A stretch of DNA of 64,000 nucleotides from a virus. The translations under genes were made by a program, and so were the position numbers. Location of the stretch: positions 19,394 to 83,393 of the IMG/VR virus record IMGVR_UViG_3300035565_000042. One strand, written 5' to 3'. Shown piece by piece: positions 57,860 to 64,000 of the stretch. The notes below the pieces were generated by a model. That model made no database searches and was not told the DNA's origin. It saw nothing but the letters and a program-made list of their open reading frames with translations. The stretch's first letter is position 1. Every line of letters starts with the position of its first letter.

Positions 57860-58564
57860 ATGACTGGAGAAGAATTGGTGTACGATATTTTGGAGATCAA
57901 GAATCTTGTTGAGGATGACAGTGATACAGATGAACTCTGGTTACTGAATAAAATCAACATGTACCGGTCTTTATTCATTCGCCAGGAGTATGAACTTACA
58001 CGGGCAATCAATCCGGCATGGCTCCAGCGTATGCACAAAACAACTGTCACGAAGGTCAATTCTTCTGACGATCCTGATATTGATTTTACGAGTATCGATA
58101 ATCTCGGGAAGGTAATAATACCAGTTCTTGTTGCTCTTCCCGAGGATATTGGACTTAATCGTGTTACCGGATCAGCTGGCATATCACAATTCCAACCTAT
58201 CGACTTCAATACTCTCATACTAAAGATTGAATGTAATGAAGAAAGAATGGGTGATTATGGATATTGTGCCAGAGTAGGGAATGCTTTATATCTCTTTCCA
58301 TTTGTCATGGAGATGCAGGCATTACTTATTCCGGAGGATCCATTTGCTATTCAGGTAAACGATGGTGGCACATTACGTGACCGGACAATTACTGATGATT
58401 ATCCAGTGAGTATGGATATGGCACAGAAAATTGTCATGGAGATCCTAACCAAAGACATGAAGATAAACGAACAAAGCATAGCTGACATAGTGAATGATTC
58501 ACAGTCAGAACTTAAAATATTGCAGAGTGGAAACAGCGGTCAACAGCAAACAGCTCAAGTATGA
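57860..58564 (+). CDS. crAss-like tail ring protein
   Basis: MT..ELVYDIL...DDS, YR...IRQ, EDP, DYPVS.DM. Confidence 0.65.
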   Translation: MTGEELVYDILEIKNLVEDDSDTDELWLLNKINMYRSLFIRQEYELTRAINPAWLQRMHKTTVTKVNSSDDPDIDFTSIDNLGKVIIPVLVALPEDIGLNRVTGSAGISQFQPIDFNTLILKIECNEERMGDYGYCARVGNALYLFPFVMEMQALLIPEDPFAIQVNDGGTLRDRTITDDYPVSMDMAQKIVMEILTKDMKINEQSIADIVNDSQSELKILQSGNSGQQQTAQV

Positions 58565-58565
58565 G

Positions 58566-58925
58566 ATGGTGGGTCTTATGCGTAATAGTACGATTAGTCC
58601 TGTTAAAATCAGTTACCGTACAATAAACTTTATATTGTCACGGTTCTTTCATTATTCAATCCAGGCACTCATTAATGGTTATCCAATCGTAGTCTGCAGA
58701 TACTTCAGATTCAAACTTGTTTACGCATTATATTCATTCCTACCTCATCAGGTTCGCGAACATATGAAATACTCTCAGAAAGCATTTGGTTATGCATTCT
58801 ACGTAGTCTGTCAGTCACGACATGCTGATAAGTTTGGCTATACCTTTCGCACGTCAAGAAAACTTCTCGATACTATTCATGAACATACCGAAACGGATGT
58901 TGTCTATAAACTAATGAAGAAATGA
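58566..58925 (+). CDS. IHF/HU-like small protein in the tail module
   Basis: ISYRTINFILSRFFHYSIQALING pattern; position typical of crAss-like IHF-like genes. Confidence 0.4.
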   Translation: MVGLMRNSTISPVKISYRTINFILSRFFHYSIQALINGYPIVVCRYFRFKLVYALYSFLPHQVREHMKYSQKAFGYAFYVVCQSRHADKFGYTFRTSRKLLDTIHEHTETDVVYKLMKK

Positions 58926-59608
58926 AGAAATACTCAATAAGACAGGCAGTACTCAATGCAATAGACGAGACTGATGATAGTATCGGCCGGCATATGAATA
59001 CTCTTCTTAAGTGGGCTAAATACTGTGAGACTTGTATAGGAACCCTGAATGGTTATCCTGTCCGCGCTGAGCTCTTTACTGTTCATGCAGCGAAGATAAC
59101 ACTTCCGGACAGTTGCTATAAAGTCTTATGTCTTATCCCGGGAGACTACACCAGCGAAGTAAATCTTCGTTTCAAAGATCTCAATAACATTGTCATCAAT
59201 GTTGATAACAGGGATGGTGAGTTTGCATCAACACCGTCACTTGAATTTGTCTGGAGTGATACATCCTGGCCGCGGGTTCCATCAATGCTCTGGGAAGAAG
59301 TAGGAAATGAACTTTCTATAGTCGATCAGTATAATGATGAAACAGTAACACTTGTTTATCAGTATATACAGGTTGATTCACGTGGATACTGGCTCGTAAA
59401 TGAAAGTCATCTTGAAGCAATAAAGAAATACCTGATATACCAGGTCGCAAGGAAGTTTCTCAACAACAGTTTCAAAAGCAGTAAACTAACTCGCGCGATA
59501 GATTTTCAGGTTGTTCAGGAATACAAAAAAGATTACAGTATTGCCATACGCAATGCCAGGGCCCTTGATAACGAAGAGAATCCGGTCGACTCGCTTAACA
59601 AGAAGTAG
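58922..59608 (+). CDS. Tail tubular/ring protein (P22 gp4-like)
   Basis: ITLP.S, V.LVY....DS.GY.LV, EAI..Y; directly before the stabilisation protein. Confidence 0.65.
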   Translation: MKKYSIRQAVLNAIDETDDSIGRHMNTLLKWAKYCETCIGTLNGYPVRAELFTVHAAKITLPDSCYKVLCLIPGDYTSEVNLRFKDLNNIVINVDNRDGEFASTPSLEFVWSDTSWPRVPSMLWEEVGNELSIVDQYNDETVTLVYQYIQVDSRGYWLVNESHLEAIKKYLIYQVARKFLNNSFKSSKLTRAIDFQVVQEYKKDYSIAIRNARALDNEENPVDSLNKK

Positions 59609-59636
59609 ATAACTCAGCATACGCAAGTAGATAACT
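59604..59636 (-). promoter_or_regulatory. Paired 11-bp boxes, locus 4
   Basis: AGTAGATAACT at 59604 and 59626, 22 bp apart, filling the gap before the 59638 ATG. Confidence 0.6.
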
Positions 59637-59637
59637 T

Positions 59638-62600
59638 ATGGAAATCATTACCAAGATAAAAGACGGGATACATCAGGACAATAACGTGTATGATCAGCCG
59701 GAGAATACTATGCGTGACAATCTCAATGGTGTGATCACTGATATTGGTAATGGGAACTATAAGTGGAGCAACATAAAGGGAAATCTTCTTTCATTCGTTA
59801 CAACTCTTGCAGATAAATATTTCACTCATTGTCTTATCCGGGACAGGTTGATAATCCTTACTCTTGACGTAACCAGTCAGATAGTGAAATTATGGGAAGT
59901 AACTTTTTCAGGAACAATCGGAACTGCCGTAATAATCTGGACCGGATCGAATACTGAGTTAAATCTTTCATTCAGTTATCCAGTACGTGCTATATGGGGA
60001 TTCTATGAGAATGAACAGATTCAGCGGTTTTACATGGTCGATAACAACAACCCTCCACGATGCTTTAATATTGGAGCAGTTGGAGCAACTGTTGTCATTG
60101 ATGAAAAGTTTACCAGGTTTACTCCCGTTATCGATCACGTATATGGGAAATTCAATCTTATTGGACAAACCAGTAATGGTTCAGTAAAGGCAGGATCATT
60201 ATTCTTTGCATGGAGATATTACACTGATGATGGTTATTATACAGACTGGTCTGATCTTTCAAATCCAGTTATTGTCACCGATGGTGTTCCTGGGCCGAAT
60301 TATGACGATTACCAGAAATGTGAAGGAGAACGTTCAGACCTTGATTCAGGGAAGAGCATACAATATCAGATCTCAGATATCGATATTGACTATGATAATA
60401 TTCAAGTATGTGCATTCTATTCAAATGACAAGGATATTGCAATGCCAGGGGTTATCATTTATGATGGCGCTATTGATCCTTCTGGTATAATGCCTCTTAC
60501 ATATTTTGGTAATGAAATATTCGGAACAGTAACTATTGATGATCTGATTGAGGTCACTACTACCATAGAGAAATGTAAGGATATGTTCTATGCCAAGAAG
60601 AAGAATGTCATTGCATGTATTACTGAAAGGCAGGAACTTGATCTTGATGCATATATGCCAGCTGATATCTCTACTGAAGATTACCGGATCGTAATGGACA
60701 GAACTGGTTATAATGGTAAGATGTTAAGTTCTGCTGACAGTAAGGCATTAGTCGGTATGCATTCTGCCTCATTCCTGGCATCAAATCCGGGGTCTACGAC
60801 ACTATTAAGAGGTCAATGGTATAAAGCCATCACTCAGGTTGTTTATACCGGAGATGCAACGCCACACACTATTCCGGCTGGGAATATCTTTTATATCCTT
60901 CCTACACTTACAACCATAACCTATACTTCAGGTACCTACAAACCTTGTATTGTTATCAAGAAATATCTGAAGGCCGGGCATACATCAAATGAAGATGTCA
61001 ATGTAGCATTTGCTTTTGATGTCATTACACTTGAAGATGAATTCCTTGATTACAAATCTCCAAAAGTATCTCACTATCTGAGGGGTTATCCTCATGGAGA
61101 AACAGTTCGTCTTGGAGTTCTTTTCTTTGATAAGACCGGTAGGCCATTCTTTATAAGACATCTCCGCAAGTCAAGTGACACATATGGAGTTGGTGACATA
61201 ACATTGAAAGTTCGTAGTGTTACCAATCTTCTTGTTGAAGAAATAGGAGCGCATACAAGTGGAATAAGTGGAGGCGGAACTGATCCGTGGTATGATCAAA
61301 TCAATGGACTTGTAAAGAGTCTTATTATTGACAATCTTGACCTGACTGATATTGTCGATCAGATCGGAGGATTTGCAATAGTTCGTACACCAATCATTCA
61401 TCAGTATCTTGCCATGGGAATACTCCACTGGACATATCTTTCAGGAAACGATGTGTATAGTGTTCCAGTATTCTCTGGGGTAACAGCTGAAACTGATAAC
61501 TATAATGGTTGTTATGATTTCTATTGCCCTGATGATATATTCAATGCAAAAGGGTTTGCACTTATTGAGAATGATGAGATTGAGAATCTTTACTATCTGA
61601 AACCATATTGCATTGATGAAAAATACACGATAGGATCTGGTGGTTCAAATAACTGGAATGGAGTCGGCCGGCAGGAATCGGCAAACAATGATTTCTACCA
61701 TAAATTCTTTGGTTATAGTGACTCTTCCAATACTACAAATGGAGCTCCGGGAGTTTCGCATAAGCTTAAAGCAATTACAAAGTATGTAATCGGTAGTGAT
61801 GCCATGCCAATAAATCCTATTGATGGTACTAAACTTTACCAGGCATATTGCAAGACTTATTATGACGGATACAACAATCATAAAGGAATTAATGGAGATC
61901 ATTCTGTACTGATGCTTGATATCGATGAAGTAGCTGATGGAATAAAAGGGAGAGCTGGTCAACCGCAAACACAACCAGTTTCACTTCTTTGTGCGGTCAA
62001 ACATCCTAATTCTGATCCATATGGTGGCTACAGTGACTCATCTATTGCCAATTCGCTTTATTTAACAATTGGACATTATCAGGAAATAAATGATGCGGTT
62101 CTGAATGATATTAAGACAACTCCAGGTGGTGTAACAAAATACATCTTCAATCATATTCAGGTATTTGGTGGCGACACTTATCTTGGCTTGTTTGACTTCA
62201 AAAGGATCTTCATCAATGAGAATGATAGTGGAGTTGAGCCATATGGTCAGACATGTATATTTCCAGTTGAGTCAAGAATGAATCTTGCAATGCGTGAAGG
62301 AGTTCATATAGCAAAGGACCGGTCATATGATGCTACTTATAATACCTCTGGAATAAGAATGTTGAATTCAGCGCCTAAGTTTGAAGAGTTCAACTACAAT
62401 GATGGTTATTCTACAAGTGATATTCAGGATTATTACGTCCCGGTTCCTTTCAATTATAAACCAACATCTTCGTATGATTGCCGAATCCGGTATTCTCTTG
62501 AAAAGAATTATGGAGAGACAAGAGATAACTTTCGGATATTCCGTGCTGTCGATTATATTGATTTGAATCCAAATCGTGGAGCAATAACAAATATCCGACA

Positions 62601-63531
62601 TCGCGGGGATCATGTGATATACTGGCAACCGGACGAAGTAGGATATATACCGATCAATGAACGTGCTCTTACACAGTCAGCAATGGGCCAGGCCGTTCAA
62701 CTTGGAGTCAGTGGTATCTTTGAACGGTATGATCAGCTCATCGACAAGATAGGTAATAGCAACCAGTTTGGGCTTATCGAGTCACCTCTTGGGTTCCATT
62801 GGTACGATGCCAGAAGAAAGTTATTCATGAACATCAGTAATAATCTTCAGGTCACTCCGGACTCACTACTCAAGGGACTTGATCATTTTCTTCAGAACAG
62901 TATTCCGAATGACATGTATCTTTACGATAATCCATTTACTGGATTTGGCATATATGGTGGTTATGATCCTATGAGCAAGATCATATTCTGTACATTCAAA
63001 GTCCCAGATGCCATAACTACTGTGAAGAATTATACTATTGGGATCCACTCGATACTCAATAAATTCATTGGTTTCTTTAACCTGACTCCTGGTTATTACA
63101 TTACCTACAAAGGAAATCTTCTTGAGATTGATGATATATTATCTTCTTTCTACATTCATGGTCTTGGAGACTACATGAATTTCTTTGGAGTACAATATCC
63201 CGGATATGTAACTATAGTTCTTAAGGAAGAAAGTAATATCGCAAAGATTTTTGATATCTTTGAACTCATTGGATATACAAATTTCTTTACATCGATATTG
63301 TATGAGAACTCAGGGCAGACTATAGAGGAAATTACGGCAGATTATACTTCCGGAAGTTGTGTTATTCAGAACAGGAACTATATATATCGTAAGCGCAGAT
63401 GGCTTGGCAATTTTCCAAAAGTAAACAGGGAAAGACTTGCAGATGGTTATCTGAAAGTTACTTTTAAGATCGACAAACCTTTTCTTGTCGAATTGAATGA
63501 GATGAAATCAATTGCACGAAAATTCTACTAA
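59638..63531 (+). CDS. Tail stabilisation/muzzle protein (P22 gp10-like)
   Basis: 1297 aa; G...D......PEN..RD.LN, N.KGN, DN.NPPR, GETVRLGVLF, FGGDTY, G..WYD, GGYD. Confidence 0.8.
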   Translation: MEIITKIKDGIHQDNNVYDQPENTMRDNLNGVITDIGNGNYKWSNIKGNLLSFVTTLADKYFTHCLIRDRLIILTLDVTSQIVKLWEVTFSGTIGTAVIIWTGSNTELNLSFSYPVRAIWGFYENEQIQRFYMVDNNNPPRCFNIGAVGATVVIDEKFTRFTPVIDHVYGKFNLIGQTSNGSVKAGSLFFAWRYYTDDGYYTDWSDLSNPVIVTDGVPGPNYDDYQKCEGERSDLDSGKSIQYQISDIDIDYDNIQVCAFYSNDKDIAMPGVIIYDGAIDPSGIMPLTYFGNEIFGTVTIDDLIEVTTTIEKCKDMFYAKKKNVIACITERQELDLDAYMPADISTEDYRIVMDRTGYNGKMLSSADSKALVGMHSASFLASNPGSTTLLRGQWYKAITQVVYTGDATPHTIPAGNIFYILPTLTTITYTSGTYKPCIVIKKYLKAGHTSNEDVNVAFAFDVITLEDEFLDYKSPKVSHYLRGYPHGETVRLGVLFFDKTGRPFFIRHLRKSSDTYGVGDITLKVRSVTNLLVEEIGAHTSGISGGGTDPWYDQINGLVKSLIIDNLDLTDIVDQIGGFAIVRTPIIHQYLAMGILHWTYLSGNDVYSVPVFSGVTAETDNYNGCYDFYCPDDIFNAKGFALIENDEIENLYYLKPYCIDEKYTIGSGGSNNWNGVGRQESANNDFYHKFFGYSDSSNTTNGAPGVSHKLKAITKYVIGSDAMPINPIDGTKLYQAYCKTYYDGYNNHKGINGDHSVLMLDIDEVADGIKGRAGQPQTQPVSLLCAVKHPNSDPYGGYSDSSIANSLYLTIGHYQEINDAVLNDIKTTPGGVTKYIFNHIQVFGGDTYLGLFDFKRIFINENDSGVEPYGQTCIFPVESRMNLAMREGVHIAKDRSYDATYNTSGIRMLNSAPKFEEFNYNDGYSTSDIQDYYVPVPFNYKPTSSYDCRIRYSLEKNYGETRDNFRIFRAVDYIDLNPNRGAITNIRHRGDHVIYWQPDEVGYIPINERALTQSAMGQAVQLGVSGIFERYDQLIDKIGNSNQFGLIESPLGFHWYDARRKLFMNISNNLQVTPDSLLKGLDHFLQNSIPNDMYLYDNPFTGFGIYGGYDPMSKIIFCTFKVPDAITTVKNYTIGIHSILNKFIGFFNLTPGYYITYKGNLLEIDDILSSFYIHGLGDYMNFFGVQYPGYVTIVLKEESNIAKIFDIFELIGYTNFFTSILYENSGQTIEEITADYTSGSCVIQNRNYIYRKRRWLGNFPKVNRERLADGYLKVTFKIDKPFLVELNEMKSIARKFY

Positions 63532-63532
63532 G

Positions 63533-64000
63533 ATGACAGACTCGGTAAAGAAACTCAGATGTAACGGTGGTAAGATGAAATCCGGAGGCAAGAAGAAATT
63601 TGCTGATGGTACTGCCGTACAAAAAGAAATGGCAACTAAGAATGGTCTGTCTACCAATAAAGGATATGCCATTGATGCTGCAATAAATGAAGTTGGTGAC
63701 TTAGGATCAGACATTCTTAAGTCAGGTATCAATACTGACATTGATTCACGTGACAATCCGGAGAGTCAACTAAAAAAGAATTCATCATTATCTACATCTG
63801 CCAATATGCTTAAAGGAACTGCCAAGGGAGCCGGTATAGGAATGATGGTTGCTGGGCCGGTTGGAGCTGCAATTGGTGGTGCTGCCGAACTGGCTGTAGA
63901 GGGAGTCAAAGCATTACTTAATCATGGCGCAAATAAAAGAGCCCGTGCTGAAGCTGTAGGTAAATGGATGAACACATGGAATTCAACTGATGAGTCTGCA
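63533..64000 (+). CDS. Probable cargo/ejection protein, 3'-truncated
   Basis: MTDSVKKLRCNGGKMKSGGKKKFADG...; glycine zipper GAGIGMMVAGPVGAAIGG; open to the window end. Confidence 0.6.
   Translation, partial: MTDSVKKLRCNGGKMKSGGKKKFADGTAVQKEMATKNGLSTNKGYAIDAAINEVGDLGSDILKSGINTDIDSRDNPESQLKKNSSLSTSANMLKGTAKGAGIGMMVAGPVGAAIGGAAELAVEGVKALLNHGANKRARAEAVGKWMNTWNSTDESA

Noticed and set aside
1-64000. Stop-codon reassignment as in some crAss-like phages
   Set aside because: Long genes are intact under the standard code, and TAG/TGA end genes at sensible boundaries (e.g. portal TAG, 47822 TGA).

Overview
This window is a 64-kb piece of a crAss-like (Crassvirales-type, podovirus-like) phage genome. 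The host is most likely Bacteroidota, judged from TAnnTTTG promoters, A-rich leaders and PcfJ/PcfK genes. It has three blocks. (1) 1-4022 (+) is the end of a tail fibre/adhesin module. (2) 4033-~35200 (-) is an apparently complete early/replication arm: UDG, primase-helicase, SF2 helicase, a stand-alone DnaA domain-IV protein, a Topo VI-A-like protein, RadC, a GHKL ATPase, many small ORFs and two paralogous SSB-like genes, but no recognisable DNA polymerase. (3) ~35300-64000 (+) is the morphogenesis arm: TerL, portal, MCP, a compositionally foreign receptor-binding/depolymerase cassette beside a tyrosine recombinase, lysis genes, tail genes and the start of a cargo protein. The standard genetic code works throughout. 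The strongest unexplained signals are non-coding. An 11-bp DnaA-box-like motif (AGTNATCYACT) occurs as pairs exactly 22 bp apart at four loci, including upstream of the phage DnaA-domain gene and beside an AT-rich putative origin. A structured candidate sRNA exposes a sequence antisense to a leader motif shared by several phage genes. All protein calls come from motif recognition by eye, not database searches.
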